A DNA stretch of 61,744 nucleotides, counting the filler, from Choristocarpus tenellus KU-1152 (lineage: Eukaryota > Protista > Phaeophyceae): the NCBI GenBank assembly GCA_964200185.2. It is 10 parts of 10 records of this genome, joined end to end, with 100 filler letters (N's around TTAATTAATTAA, not from the genome) between each part and the next. Parts side by side here need not be neighbours in the genome. Positions count along the whole stretch, not along the records: positions 34,461 to 52,394 come from CAXNAD020000606.1; positions 52,495 to 55,583 come from CAXNAD020022396.1; 8 more parts are not named here. The stretch is one strand, 5' to 3'. Both the position numbers and the translations under genes were made by a program. Below, piece by piece: positions 35,678 through 52,877 of the stretch (the first letter of the stretch is position 1; every line of letters begins with the position of its first letter). The notes below the pieces were generated by a model. It saw nothing but the letters and a program-made list of their open reading frames with translations, searched no databases and was not told the origin of the DNA.

Positions 35678-38600
35678 ATGACTTTGTCAAGGGTCTGGGC
35701 AAGGTTGGCGCAGAAGTCGTGGAATCAAGGTGTGTACGTAAACGAGCCCAAGAGACGAAGCCTTTGCTGTGTGGGGTCAGTGCGAGTGAGAGATCACAAC
35801 ACAGGTAGGCACAGGCGATGTGGACCGGATAGGTATGGTATCGGTTCCCTACATGTCATCTGGAGCACCAGACACTACCAGGGCGACTCTTGTCAAGATT
35901 ACCCGACCGCAGGAGGTTTCGCGCTTGCACAAGAAACCAGAGGTGGTTTCTTGCTTGGAGTGAGGAAGCCAACGGCATTGGGGGCAAGAATCGTAAATAC
36001 TACAATCACTAGGGGTCTCTCCTCTGGGGTAGATTCCTTTGGGAGCAATGAAGAGCCTAAATATTCCCACGTCAAGATGCCCGAGATTACACCGGTGAGT
36101 AGTAGAGTAGCATTTGTGAAGGAGTTTGGAAGTTATTCCGCGAAAGACCTCTGCCCCCAAAAGAATATGCTGGCGTCGATACACTGAGATAGGGTCAGAC
36201 GGCAGATGCTACCCAATCTAAAGGACTATATGGGACCCCAGCAGCATCGTTGCTCTTCATGTGGTGTACATTGACTCCCTGCTTAAACGCACGTTCCAAT
36301 CGCTGTCATCGCAGGATGACAAGTTTGGAGATCTCACAAGTTGGAGTGTGGAAGTAGGGGATCGAGTTGAGGTAAGTGCGGGGCTACAATTTGTAAACTC
36401 AAGGTCGTGGTCCATTTTGTTATCGTATGAGGCTATGGTAACTCTTGTAGGTGAACTACTGATTATTTGTAACCCAGCAAGTGGTCACAACTTGTAAAAC
36501 CTCCGAAACAGCTATTGCCTGGACACAGTGCGGTGCGTTGATATAGAGATTGAAGATAGAGCCTCTTGATGTGTTCTGTTTCTAGCTGCATTGCAGCAGT
36601 TATGGGGACGATTCATTTTCGTTCTTGCACTCCACTAAGGCACCAAGATAGGCAGTACGAATCCCAGAGAAGGTAGGATTATCCTACGTGACCTATGTTG
36701 ATCTTTCATTTCAATTGAGTACTGAGTAGATGTCTGACTTTAAGGGCTTGCTTAACAATTTCTGTACAAGAGTTACTGTTGCCTTCTTGTGCAATGCTTA
36801 TATGGGGGCAAAAGATGCACACTACTTGGAGTGAAATATCTTTGTAGTGGCTGGAGTTGTGCTACTTTTCCCCTCTTATAATGCTGTATCCACATTGGCC
36901 TCGCAGTTTCTCAAGCCCACACCACACCACCTCATAACTATAGTGAGAACCTGTGGTGTTTTGTATCTCTCTTGTCACTGAACATGACTGATGATCTGCT
37001 GTACTGCATTGTCTGCTGTGATTGGAGTTTGTGAAGAAGATGTGAAATTGCTCTACGTTATTGTTTAATTATTGCTAGATCATTTGTGTAGTACAGGTGT
37101 TTTGTACAAGCAGAAAATTCCCCTGTGTCATGAGCAGGTACAAACAAGATATTGGACTTGCATACTTTGCAGTACTTATTTTTTCCACCAGAAGTGTGTC
37201 AGTGCTTGACCATTTTTTAAAATTTCATCATTGTGCTTGGTGGTGATGTCTTGCTTTCTCCAGTCTGCTGTGTTATTCTGATGGACAGGACATTACCTAT
37301 TTTTTGTCTTGGACAGTTCTACATGTGTATCGATTGTTTGGTGTACAACAGTCCATTATCAGAGCCTCGAAGGAAAAGTTACTGCATTCACGAACAAAGC
37401 ATTTCATTTCCGTTAATGCACCTTTGTGTGCTGACTCTGCCTGTTCCTTTTGCCAGGTTGGGGATGTGATCTGTGAGGTGGAGCTTGAGTTATTTTCCAT
37501 TGGAGTGAAGATTGAAACCTCTGGCTACATTGCTGAGCTCCGTAAGTCGGTATATTTACTGCCAAGTCTGTCTGATCACACACAAGTCAGCTGGTGATCT
37601 ACTTATCTGCAGTAGTTCTTCAGCATAATGCCCAGACCAACCTGACTGCTGTTTTACTCTCTTGTGTCCTGTCGCTTGGCTGCAGTTTTTGTGTGGTAGA
37701 TCTCTGTAATTCCCTGATGATTCGACTTCCTCCCCTCTTCCCCTCCTGTCCACATTTCTTGTTGTTGTCCCCCCTGATTTTCCTTTTGCATGCTACAGTT
37801 GTATCCAGCGGTACCAAGAATGTTCCTGTCGGTGCTGCCATTGCCACAGTGGTAGAATCGTTGGAGTTGGTTCAATCTTTCCAGGCTGTCAAAGGTGCTT
37901 GCTACGCTTGTGAAGCCAAGATACTACATACTCCTCTCATGCATTTTGTTTGGCATGTGGTGCACATGTTACTCATTATGTGCGTGTGCTGATCTGAAAG
38001 ATGGGGGATATCTTGAGACACTGAGTTTGGTCTGGTTGCGCCCTATGCTTGCTGGGCTGTGACCTATTTTTGTAGTGCTTGTGGTGATGACCAGTTTCTG
38101 CTCCCTTTTTGTAGTGCTTCTTGCTCATGACTCGCTTGCAATTTGACTTCGTGTGGTGCAGAGGCTCAGACCCCTGTCAATGAGACTGGCTTCACGTGGA
38201 AGGATATCCTCAAGTCAGTGCATCGCCTGCTGGAGTTGGAAAGAATCAATGAAGGTGTGATGTGTTCCAACTGACTTGATTCCTTTGCACCAGTTCTGGT
38301 GAGTTTCTGTGTATTACTGCTTGTACTCTTGTTTGTCAAAGCATGGCTTTTTCCTGTAGTCCTTTTTTGCTTCACAAGGACTTGCATGATACTGTCCAGG
38401 TTGTAGATATTGTACCTGGCATAAGATGTGCTTGATATTTGAAGGTAATTCTTTACCAATTTGAACCCTTCCAGTTCTCCTCCAGAGTACTATGCACTTT
38501 TGAAGGAATGTCATAAACAGTTACGAATCACTGTTGTTGCAACCATTTTCCTTGGTCTCAGGACAGTGAGGGAGTAGATGATTATTTTTCTGCATCCAAT

Positions 38601-39294
38601 GCCAGGGGCCAAGCATTGATTGATGATGACCGGTTTGACATGGGATTGACTTTGTTCCTCATGCTCAACTGTGTTTTGAAGTTGTATGGACTGGCAACCA
38701 ACTATAACTTTTTTCATGCTTATGTCAGATGAAGCCTCAGAGCTGATGGGATTGGCACGTACCAAGGATGCAGACCTGATGATGGCGTTTAGTGGCAGTT
38801 TTGAGGGGGATGAATTCAAGGAGGAGGAGTTTGACAGTGAAATTTTCCTCATTCAGGTACGGAGCAAGTTGGTCAACCCTTGCCATACCCATGATTTGTT
38901 GCATATCTCACAGGTTCTATCAGGCTGGCCTTCATTCATTTGACACATGGTTTCTGCCTTGAAGCAATTCTTTTACATCTCTGGTAAAATATGGTAGTAG
39001 ACCTGCTTACCCCTGCATATTGCTTCCATGTCTGGCTGTAGCATGGTTCTTGTTTTGTAATATCTGGTAGAGAAGTATGTTCTTGTCTATGCTCCTACTC
39101 AATCGTTACTTTGCTGAAGAGGTGATCCACTCCATACTGTCTTGATCTACAACACTCCACTTGTATCTCTTTCTGTCAATTCATACCAGGCAAAGAGCAT
39201 AATAAAAAAAAGGAGAGGTTTGGACAGTGTGAAAGTTGCTACTGGAGAAACTAGTCTAGAGCCAGATAATGGTTCCAAAGACGAGAAAGCCTGA
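35678..39294 (+). CDS. Protein with a single lipoyl/biotinyl-like domain lacking the acceptor lysine
   Basis: Exons 35678-36094, 36315-36371, 37457-37541, 37799-37894, 38162-38254, 38729-38856 and 39190-39294, all phase-consistent. VKMPEITP...GDLTSWSVEVGDRVEVGDVICEVELELFSIGVKIETSGYIAELLVSSGTKNVPVGAAIA fits the E2 lipoyl-domain pattern. Start codon uncertain. Confidence 0.85.
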
Positions 39295-42200
39295 GCCAAG
39301 CTGATCTGTGCATACACAAATGAAGGACTGAATTATAGTTGAGGCTGAATTGTTCTTGGAAAAAACAGCGTTTGCTGGCACAGCAGTGTGAAGTTGATTC
39401 CATAATGAAGGTTAACATGTTCAAGGTCTTCTGTTATTTGTCTTTTCTATTTGCTTGTTTTTTAAGAGTAGAAACCCTGAAACATGTAACAGGTGTTGCC
39501 TTTGTGTTGTCATTGTTTTGAACTTTGTTGCTGAACCCCTGCTCACTTGGATTTTAACGCTCCTGGAAATTGTCTGGTCTTGTCAGTCTTTAAAAATGAA
39601 AGAAATGATGCTATGGCGGCATTTTTTCCCTCCTGCACAGTAAGGAATGTCAACTGCAAATATTGGAAGATTGCGTCAGCCTTCTACATGATCCCTTTTT
39701 GATTAGACAATTTGTTGTGCAGTGGTGGCATGCACTTAGAGCTAGGGTTAGTGTACTGATAGAACACACTCATGATCCAGAACCAGGTGGTAAGGTATCT
39801 CCTCAGCATGATTTATTGTGGCAATAATGTTCCTAGGGCTCATGTTTGGCACCTATGTGAGGGATAGGGATATGGTCACAAGTTTTGTTTTCTTTGTCTC
39901 TTGGTGCGTATAATTGTAGCGTATTACCTATGTGGACACTCTTTTCCTAGATGCTCATCTTCTCCACTTCTCTTTCGTGTGTTGAGTGTTCTGATTGTGT
40001 GGTTTTGGTGTCAATCCTAAACTACTGTGCTGGAAAAGGATCTCTTACCTAAATATCATTTTTTGATGTTGACTGGCATTCAGTGTCTGTCTTTTATTTT
40101 TAGTTTCCGAAAGTATTCTGTAGACGCAAAATGATACAGCTTCAAATCTGGCACATATTGACAGGTGTGTGTAAGCTGTAAGCACAGTAGTATTTGTACA
40201 TAGCACACTGTACACTATTTGAACAAGTAGCAATAAAAGTGGTGGTAGTACAGTATAGTACTACCTAGTATATATGACTATGACTGGAGCAAAATAAAGC
40301 AACTCTGTTACTTAAACAAGATCAAATAGAACTTGAGTAAAAGGTAGTGCAGAAGCAGGATTGTACGAGAATTCTCCTAGCATCAACTCTGCATGGCATT
40401 CCCCCTGCCACAGTAAGTTTAGTACTGAACTTGTTGATTTCACACTTCAGGGGTCAATAAAAGATGCAACCTGGGAAATTCAGTGGAGAACCCTTCCACC
40501 CCCTAGCAAGTAACAAAAATGATGACCCTTGTTCCTGATCAACCTTATATACAGCTACGATACGATTGAAACCCGGGAGTCCACACAATTCTTCGCATCC
40601 ACTACAACCCTACAACATGCCATACGGCAAGCCTCGCACGATACGATCAACTCCTCGGCTGTGGGTTGGGTTCATGGTTCAAACTTGGTGATACACAACC
40701 CCTTTCTCATCTCGGTATGATGTTACGTACTACTGGTGCGAAGCGAAATCTGGACGAGATGTGTTACATGAAGTTGATTTAGGTTTGGTTTTTCGAGGCT
40801 TTTCGCTGGTGCCGACTTTGTGATTGGTTTGTTACATAAGTGAGTCGGGATTCAGCTCGAAGGCCACGGGGTAAGGCTTGTTTCTGAGGCATCTGAGTGG
40901 AGTAGACTACGCCTGATTTGAACTATTCTCTTTTCACAGAGTCAGGTCTGAAGCCCTCAGTGGTAGAAGGTTTGAGTCCAAGGTTCCACATATTCGCACA
41001 GGTTGAAATGTCCTGCACCATATAATGTGTGTAAGAGAAGCCTCCCACCATGTGAACGCTACTATGTTAAACGAAAGCTACCTACCAGGTGATGTCGAAT
41101 GTGACATTTACAGACAACAGGTCATCTGTCAAGCGCCACCAAGTGCCAGGGTTGTAGAGGTCACGCAGGTCCACTGGATCCATAAGTCTCAAAGTTCGTG
41201 CAGGTGTCAATAAATTAGTTCACAACACCGCAAGTTCTGGGTGTCTGGATTGAGGGTATGGTGATGGTGCTCGTTGTGGGTTTGTTATAATCGCCACTTG
41301 TCTCAGTGCGAGATCGAGTCTCTGGGCATGGTGTTGCTGGTCCAAGTGGCGAGAAACAAAGGGAAGGTTAATTTAACGTAGTAGTACAGATATGGTAGTA
41401 TATATACATCTATTAGGTGTGAGAATATTATTTTCGAGTCGTTTTGCATTACCTACATTAACTTGTTGCAACGGAGTACGCAGTACGCAGTTCTGGTCGA
41501 GAATTCCTACCAATGGGGTGCGACTATATCATAGTTGCTCACGTGCCATTGGTTGTAGCTTTGCATTATACGTGTCAGTTGTCATTCTTGTCACGGATGA
41601 TGTGGTTTACTGGTTGCTCAAGAGTCTTCGAACACGAAGACTATACCTCTTTGTGTCCAACATTGTGATACCTTGTCTTGTCTTCTAAAAAACATTAATA
41701 ATATGTTCTTCACAAAAGAAAAATACCATATTCCTCCCTCCCCCTCTGAACACCATTGGGTACAGCTGCTCCAGAAATTCGGAAGAGAGTGTGTCCAAGG
41801 TCACCTCCCCCTAACAAAAATATACCAGGGTATATCTTAACGCCATAGTCCGTGTTTGGTAGCCCAGGTGAGCTGAAGTGACTGATTGTCAGAAAGCCCG
41901 ATGTTGTTAACTCTTCTTGCCTGGTCTGACCGAACGGGTTTGTTCGCGAACAGGTTGAGAAGGTGATAATTGCTAACAGTCATGGCAACTAGAAATAGTT
42001 CTGCTCTTGGTTAGGAGATTTTAATGCGATGCTGTCAAGGATAAGACGTTCCACTACCTTAATTATTACCCAAGGTTTATTCGGACCTTTAGAACACCAT
42101 TAGAGGTCATGGGTGGAGACTCGTCGAAAGTGTTTGACTGACGCACCTTTGACGCCTCAACCCCCACCCGAGGAACAGTACTCCTGTGGGATTTATTTCC

Positions 42201-42476
42201 GCACTATTTAGTACTCGAACTACATATTATGCCGTGCTAGTGCTGGACTTGGCGCCGACATCTCATTTGTTCTGTCGGGATAAGGTATCTCGACCCTCCG
42301 AAAACTTAACGAACCCGAAGACTTGCGTTTGTTCTAAGATCGGGAGTTAGACGACACGCTTCGCCCTTTCATTCCCTCTTTCCTGCACTGAAGGCAAGTT
42401 ACACGCTGGTCCCTTACATATCCTGGACTTTCTTTTTCTCGTCCACGTCACTTGCACTGCCATATCAGGAGAAATC

Positions 42477-45038
<2,562 letters not shown>

Positions 45039-47099
45039 AAGTGTTGGTCAATGGTAGCAAGGGAAGGGGGACAGAGTTTGAGAGTTGTGGTGCAGCTTGT
45101 TTTGCAGGGCTGTTTATCCAAGCCTCTGCCTTAAAGCGTATGCGTAGTTTCATTAAAAGATCTGGGGTAGTGAGCCTCGTGGGGGCGGATTGAGGTAGGT
45201 AGATTACTGGTCTATCTTTCTCAGATTCTGATATGAAGTTCATCGATATGCAGTGTAATTGGTTGCTGGCCTCTTTCCAGAGGTTGTAATAAGAGATGGC
45301 TGAAAATTGTCACAGAGGGACTGGCCAGGCAGGGTCACATGCTATGGATGCACCTGAGGTTGACCTCAAATTCTGTTTTGTACCTAAATTACTGGTCATG
45401 AGGCTGTGAGAAGCTTTGCTCTTGGTAATGTGGGAATGCAAGGATTGTGTAGGAAATGTAGGGGTGGTGGCAGGGAATGGTGTGTGTGAAGGAGTTCTGC
45501 CATTGTCATCCTGATGTATCATGGACAGACAAGACAAACACACACCTTTAGCTTAGGGATGGTATTCACTTGTGTACGGCGTCTTCTGTATGGTGTGTTT
45601 GGTTAGTTTTGAGGCTGTCCACCATTTAGTTGTGGGATGATGGTGTGCTTCGACATTGGCCCTTCATGTATACGGGGTGTGTACTGCCTGAGGTTGTGTT
45701 GGTTATTTTTGGGAGTTGATTAATTGTGTGTTCGTAGGAAAGGGTGGGGGTGGGGGGTGAGATGGTGTGTAGGACACCCAGAGATCAGTACCGCCCTGAA
45801 TGACTCTTGACTTGAAGTCATTGTGAGGGTAGGGAATAAGGAAGATCCCCAGGGGCCAGGGGGTTAATCTATGGTCATTTTGTTGCTTTATACTGAGTCC
45901 AGGGCTGCTTATGCCCCCTCCATGATCCCATCCCTCTGGTGTGTAAGTGTTCAAAATATAGTTGGGCAGTGTTTTGCCTATGAAGCCTTTTGGGTGTTGA
46001 AAACTATGGATCATATCAAGAAATAAGTTGCAGGAGAGCCTTGTTGCCTCTTTAAAATGGTTGGAAATGGTGACTGCTTTGTTGCTATTGCCTTTGCAGG
46101 AGTCTTGTATCCACTCTGATGAGAACCCCTGCTGTAAGCTGAGCCTTAAAAAGGGGGTGATTATCTCCCCTAAAAGTTCTACCTGCTAGTGGTGCTACCA
46201 TCTTGCCATTGTCAATCTTTGATTATTGTATCTCTAGTGCCTGTACTGCTACAACTTACCAAATCTACAACCAAGCTGAAATATATGTTTGGAAATATAC
46301 AAGGGATATGTTGCAATATCCTCTTTTAAGTATCTCTTCAAAGTTTAAGCTGGTTGTGGGACTTGCTTTTGTGTCTGTTATCAATAGTTTTGAGAACAAA
46401 TGCGTTATTGGAATATTTGCACTTCTCAAGTTTAGTGTGTGTGTTTTGTTTTATGATAACAAACTTTATGCAAGGCGCATGAACCAGTACCATGTAATTG
46501 CACTACTTTAATGCTTCCATAAGACTGCACAGTTGCACATGAATTTTTGTTTCAAGTCTTTGCTTCAACAGTAGAGGATGAAAGTCATTGATTCAACATA
46601 TTATATGTATGGATTTTTAAAGATGTGTCGGTCATTTTTCTATGCTGGGTGTTACTTGCTGAATGATAGTGAGTTGTAAAAATGGGCAATGTCTTGGTCA
46701 AAATAGTCATGTTACAAAGTCAAGTGACCACAACTGTAGCTGTAAGGACATTGTTTTTAGTAATTGTGATCCTGAAATACTCATTAGTAGGGATCGATCT
46801 GATGCACTCCTAATAGTTGTGTACATACTTTCCTCCGTTTGGAATCAAATGTAACATAACTTTTGCAGCTCCAATGAAGAAGGAAAATTGTTTGCACATG
46901 CTCCTACTTTATGAATATATTGTGCAGGTAGGCAGTACAAGGTTACCCATCAAAATTCAAAGCAAAATGGGGAAGCCAACATCCATGGTTCTTCCCCCAA
47001 GGTCCTCCAAAACTCTATTCCAACACAGTATTTTGCTGCATCCACAGCGGCATTCAGGGGGAGCTTGCCTGCCTTCCCAACCTTTTCCTTGCTAAGATG

Positions 47100-47930
47100 A
47101 GGAATTTTGAAGGCGTTGTCACCCTCGGACCCCATCTCTTCATGGTAGGCTGCAAATAGACTCTGACAGATGTGCTCTAGGGTCTCCCTGGTGTGTACAT
47201 TGAATACCTACATTGTGGCCTCCACCACCTCCTCTGTGTTGGTCACCCCCACGTCTTCCTTCAGTTGCTGCATGGAATGAAAGAATCCCAAGTCGTTGAC
47301 GTTGAGGTTAGATGAGTTGGCTGACTGTGTCTCGATGACAATGTTGTCCCTCGCTGCCTCCTTGATTGCCTCCATGATCTCCCCTGGGAGTGTGACTTTG
47401 CCCTGTCCTGCTGCATGAATGTGGTGTGTCCTTCTAGCCTAGGTATTTGTGCCTTGATTGCCAGGATGACATCCTTGATCATGAGATTCTTACACCCTTC
47501 CCTGTCTACTGTGGCTTGCACAAGCACCTTGGTGTCCTTGGGGTGTGTTTACTGGAGCATTAAGTGACCTTAGTGTCCACAGTTGACCGGATCCTGGTTT
47601 TCCCTTCGAACCACACCCCATCGGAGAGTTTCCTAGGGGAGGCCAAACCTGCAAGGAACATTACCTTCAGAATGTAACACTTATTCTGTGCCTGTGGGGA
47701 TCTGGGGGGGTCGACTGTGGGGTGCAGGTAGACTCCTTGCCCATCTTTGAGGATGTAAAACCACTTCTCGTCCACATACACACCGTCATTCAGATCGTCC
47801 ACTAAGACCCCGCTTTCCACCCTCCTGTGCATGTGGCCGATGTTGAAACCTACCATGTTGACTTTCGGCTGATCTGAGAGGACTGGCTCAATGCACCACT
47901 TCACCTTCTTCCCCTCTTCGCGTAGCACAG
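47100..47930 (-). mobile_element. Decayed DD39D plant-type mariner transposase catalytic domain
   Basis: VYVDEKWFY...KVMFLAGLASPR..WFEGK; FMQQDRAKSH; frameshifted QSANSSNLNVNDLGFFHSMQQL. Confidence 0.88.
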
Positions 47931-49099
47931 GTCACACAACAAGGCAAGGGAGATAGATCCCAGCTTTGGTTGACCAAAGGTAAGGCTGATTAGATTGTCC
48001 TCATACGTATGACTTGTGTTGCATTCATTGCAAGTGTGCCCACAGTAAACAAAGGGAAAAGTTTCGTGTTGTTAATTGTATGTTTATCATTTCTAAAATA
48101 ACTGGTTTTTCCTAATAGTGTGTGTGTGTGCGCATTATACAACTTGCTTCTTACTTCCCGGCAACGCCTTGGCATTTCCTTGCTGTGCACAGGACAGTAC
48201 CTTCACCACCTTGCCTGCACATGATGATCCAATCCATTATGTCGAAAAATTTCAAGCTGATCTAATTGATATACAGAATTATTTTGATTCACAATACTAG
48301 AGAAGACATGCACATGCTGGTTTAAGCATGGGAGAGGGTCGTTTTTGCCTCACTCTCCCCCTCCCGTCCCCCCTTTGAAGGTTTGTGTGTGTGCTAACAA
48401 ACTTGTATGCATTGTGGTGTGATCTTCACAGACCTTCTAGTGCCCATGACTTGACCCTCACCTGCCTGTTGATGGTTTCATTCTGATTTAGGAAAGATCA
48501 ATTGATAAAAGGAAGCTACAAAACCCTCCTGTATGACACCCACCACGAAATTCTATCAGGTGGAAAGACTACAAAGTAGAAGAGCCCAAGCCTCAATTTG
48601 AATCTCAGAGTATTTTAGATATGGATATTGACTACTCTGGACAGGCAAATAAGTGGCCATATGCTGTCCGAAAGAAGTATAGCATAATAGTAGATCACAG
48701 CATGCTCAACTAACAACACTCTAGAAATTGCAACAGATATGTAGAGGAAGTAAAAAAAAGGTAAGTCCAAATGAAGTATAAATATAGAAATAACACAAGA
48801 AGTTGAAATCACTGTACCATCACAATTCTCTGATGAATTTTAAATGGATCAGTAGGTTCCTACATGTAGTAGGGTAGAAAGCCTCTCAAAACAGATATAA
48901 ATGAAATTTTTCTCAAATCCAAGAAGCGCAGACTATGCTCTGACTGTTCTCAACTTCTCTTTTCAATGCAGTCCTCACATGTGCATTTGTGAGCAGACAT
49001 CAAAGTTGTACTTACTGCTGTAATGGGTAAGAGAGACTCTCTTCTCATGTACTTTTAAGCAAGAGAGTCATTGGACTTTTTTTGAAGATTGTGCATGTG

Positions 49100-51400
49100 A
49101 TCTTTATGTCCCCTGTGCCTTCAATTAGCTACTAGGACTCAAGGTTGCCTGACAGACCACCTTCATGCTCTTTCTCACTCATGGTCACCACAGCATTGCT
49201 CACTGTTAAACAAAACTGTGAGCAACACCTGCCAAACGTTTGATGGGCTTTAATGGCCATCAATACAAAGTACTGAGTACATACCGCCATCTCCTGTTGA
49301 AGTTTGCAACAAAATGAATAAGTTGGGATCACAAAAAAAAGAGTAATCCAAATACAAAAACTCCACACGAAATTGGAAATCAACAGCATGCACCTCGACC
49401 AGAGCATGGTTCTTGTATCTACAGGTGGCACCAATTTGGCAGCATGACCTTATTGTTGCCTTTCATCCCTCTACAGCCAAACACTTTGACTTCGCTCTTA
49501 CCTCATCAATCTAGGATTGGGGTCATCAGCGTTCATACACATGCCCCTCAAGAACTTGCACGCACACCCTATCTCAAATTATTGCTTCTAACCCATCATC
49601 TTTCCTCGTCTTCGCGGCAAATGGCGACGAAGTGAATTGTGTTACTGAGCATACAAGTCCCTTCCTGTGCCATGACCACCACCTCTCTCATGTTGTGTTT
49701 AATGTCCATATTGCAAGTGCTTTGATCCAACCATTCACAAGGCAACAACTCATTCATCATTGTCCATATTATGGGGATTTTTTCTTTGTTTGCCTGTGGC
49801 CTATTGATAGAGCAGCATGCAGAATGCTCCATTTTCCAAGAGAGTAGGAGGTCTTTGTATAGGGCGGCAAAGATTTGACAATACTTACTGGCAATTCCTG
49901 CATCAAGCTGCACCAAGTATCAAGAGGAGGGTTGCAATTCCCCCTCCTCCAAATGCAATTCTTGACCTGTTTGGTCACACACTCCTTGACTGATCCTTCA
50001 GATATCCCATTAGATTCCCATCACTCCAGCGTACATGTTGCACTGATTCATCAGTATCTGTCTGTCTGCGGGACAACCTTAGGGGGTGGTCCTTCCACTC
50101 CTGCCTGTCTATGTGGATACCTGTTGTATCATGAAATGGGCATGTGTTATGTTGGGGTGCTTGATACTGTTCAGCAGATAATCAACTTTAACCTGTCATT
50201 TGGACATCTACAATAGTCATGTCAACTTCACTACTCTTGTTGTCATCTGTAGTTAAGTACCATGTAGTATGCCAAAAAAACTTGGATTTAACGATTACAG
50301 GAAGTAAAAGTCCTTTATAGTTTGTTACCTTGTATCTTTTGTGTCATCTCCAACTCCAAAGCCAGTGAAAGTTGAAATGACAGGCCTGAATAGCCATGGC
50401 GGCAAAAAAGAACTGGAAAATCGGTCTCTGGTCACAGTGCCACGGAACATGCGTGGCTGAGTACCAAATACGTTCCAATGTAGCTCTGCCTTGTGGTGAA
50501 TAACAGTGTTGTCCATTTTAATGTCCTGGACGGGATGGTTGCATGGACAAGGGAGAGTTATTGAGCAGGAGGGGAGATCCATTTCTGTCACTGGCAACGG
50601 TATCTACCCCCGTTGCCATCCAAATATCCTGTTGTAAAAAATATGCATTCACAAATGAAGAAGAATTGCGCATGTGCCATTGGCATAGTCTCGACAGGAC
50701 TGTAGCCTATAGGGTGCAAAAGTTCAACAAAAAATATGGGGCGGCGAATTGACCTTCAACGCAACTCCCTCACCCAATAAAGCCCCCCAACATCGAACCA
50801 CCATTCTCCCTTGTCGCCGTTTGCCATCTCCACGCTGCCATCTCGGTGAAATGACACCTGCTGTGTCTTTCTTTTCAATTGAAGAGGCAAACGCATCTGC
50901 AGTGGCAAGAAAGTAGATCCAGAGATGAGGTCGACACGACTTCAGTTCATCATGTATCGAGTATTACCTACCAGTGGGACAATGTTGAACCCCTGTCCTT
51001 TCGAGGCTTTGACATTACCTCCATTGGGAATAGTACTCTACACATAATTTTCGTGTACGCAATGAAAACGCAATGACGTTAAGTCAACGCCAACCTTTCC
51101 ACTCGGTTTACAACCAGTGTGTGTCGAAGAAAATACAGCTTACACCGTCCAAGTTTCCTCTTTTTCGGGGTATGTGTTCAAAGTGCAAAGCATCACACCA
51201 TGGGGCACCTGCAAGTTCCATTCTTGCATCCTCAGCGGGTGCGGTTCTTCCCCTTCATCATCTTCCCCCCAGACGAAGTCATCCTCGTGTTCAAGATCTT
51301 CATCATCTTCCCATCCGAGGTCCAAGGGATCAGATGAGACTGTCGCATATAGCTGGTTGCCCATGATCCTTCGTCTCCTGTGAGGCCATCGAAGTAAACC
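49100..51400 (-). mobile_element. Probable decayed piggyBac-like transposase
   Basis: Acidic N-terminal region, HWNVFGTQPRMFRGTVTRDRF (yW...MsRdRF-like) and MLSNTIH (mLStiH-like), in the expected order. Confidence 0.5.
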
Positions 51401-52553
51401 TCCCCACCAGTCTCCCCCTTCTCTCTTTTCTTCCCTCACATCTATTCCTGTTACTTCAGATGGCTGGTTATCCCCAGGTAAACATTGACCCATCCTCGTT
51501 ACCCTCGACTGCAAGCCTAGTGTAAGATCGTAAGGCCTTAAGCCGCCCTGCGACCCAGTTGCGGTCGACGAGGGACAAGGGATTGCATATCCCAAGCTCA
51601 GGAGCATAGTTACCAAGGCTGTTGAGATAGGTGGAGATTGGAAACAGGTCGACATTGTTGACAATCTGCCCTATTATAATAACGATTAACCAACATAGAG
51701 AAATGGTTGATGGCTAGATTCTTCGCACCCTCCGGTGGTGGAGATATTTTCATGCTATGCTTCAACACAATACTTATAAAAAATACGGTGACGATGGCCA
51801 CACTCTGTCCAATGACCTCCTCCTACAAGACGAATTAGAGTGTGGAGTAGTCACCATCAGGTTCCTCATGAAGATTAGGTCTTCTTGGACGCATGTTAAT
51901 GCCAACAATCCCCAACCACAAGCAACTCTAATGCGGTTCAAAACGGAGAGGCCTTCCATATAACAATATTAATTTTGGTAGTTGATACGATCTGTCTGAT
52001 AATAAACGAATGATGTATTGAAACCTTTGTCATCAATACGACTTCATCACGTGGTAATTTGGGTAACTTTAGAAATAGGAAGTGTGTACTTACCCATCAC
52101 TGGTGCTACCAACGCGTCAAAAAGCATGTTTTCTTCAAGAATTGCTTTGTTGTTGAGTTCCAACTCAAACTCGCTAAAATGGTATCATTGTTAGCGTTTT
52201 AGAGTACCTAGAAAATTAAAGTTCACCCCTTCTCCTTACGCCTACTCACTAATTTTGTATTCTTAATGGTCGTGTCAAAACACTATCATTGAGAACACGG
52301 AAGGATAAAAACGATATATATATATAGGGAGATGGGCAAGGAGGGGTCTGTTGGATTCTTGGGATGCTTCCTTAGCTCCCCCCCAGAGGCACAGNNNNNN
52401 NNNNNNNNNNNNNNNNNNNNNNNNNNNNNNNNNNNNNNTTAATTAATTAANNNNNNNNNNNNNNNNNNNNNNNNNNNNNNNNNNNNNNNNNNNNACCGAA
52501 AAAAGGGTGAAAAACGGACGCCGGCACCCCCCCCCCCCCAGATACTTTGACCT

Positions 52554-52877
52554 AACCACACTTGAGAGGGCTTGGCAGCTCCTTTTTGTGGTGTACAATA
52601 AAGTACTTAGATACAAAGGGGGGAATGACTTCAGTGTGGAGCACAAAGGGGAAAGGAAGAGGCAGTTGTCTGGTGAGCTTGAAAACATGCCGAAGGTAGA
52701 CATGGAGGCTTTTTCTGTGGCTGATAAAATTGTGATGGATGGGGAGTAATAACAATAAAAAGAGCTTGCCCTAACCAGAAATTCGTCGAGAATTTCAAAT
52801 CTTCTTTCGGAAATCAATTTCATCAACATCTTTAAAAGTTATGGAAAACGCGGCACAGACTTATGGCACGGAGGTAG
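52554..52877 (+). mobile_element. DD39D mariner 3' end, same family as 14105-14912
   Basis: TTLERAWQLLFVVYNKVLRYKGGNDFSVEH and terminal gacttatggcacggaggtag. Cut on the left by a G-tract Sola-type terminus. Confidence 0.85.
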
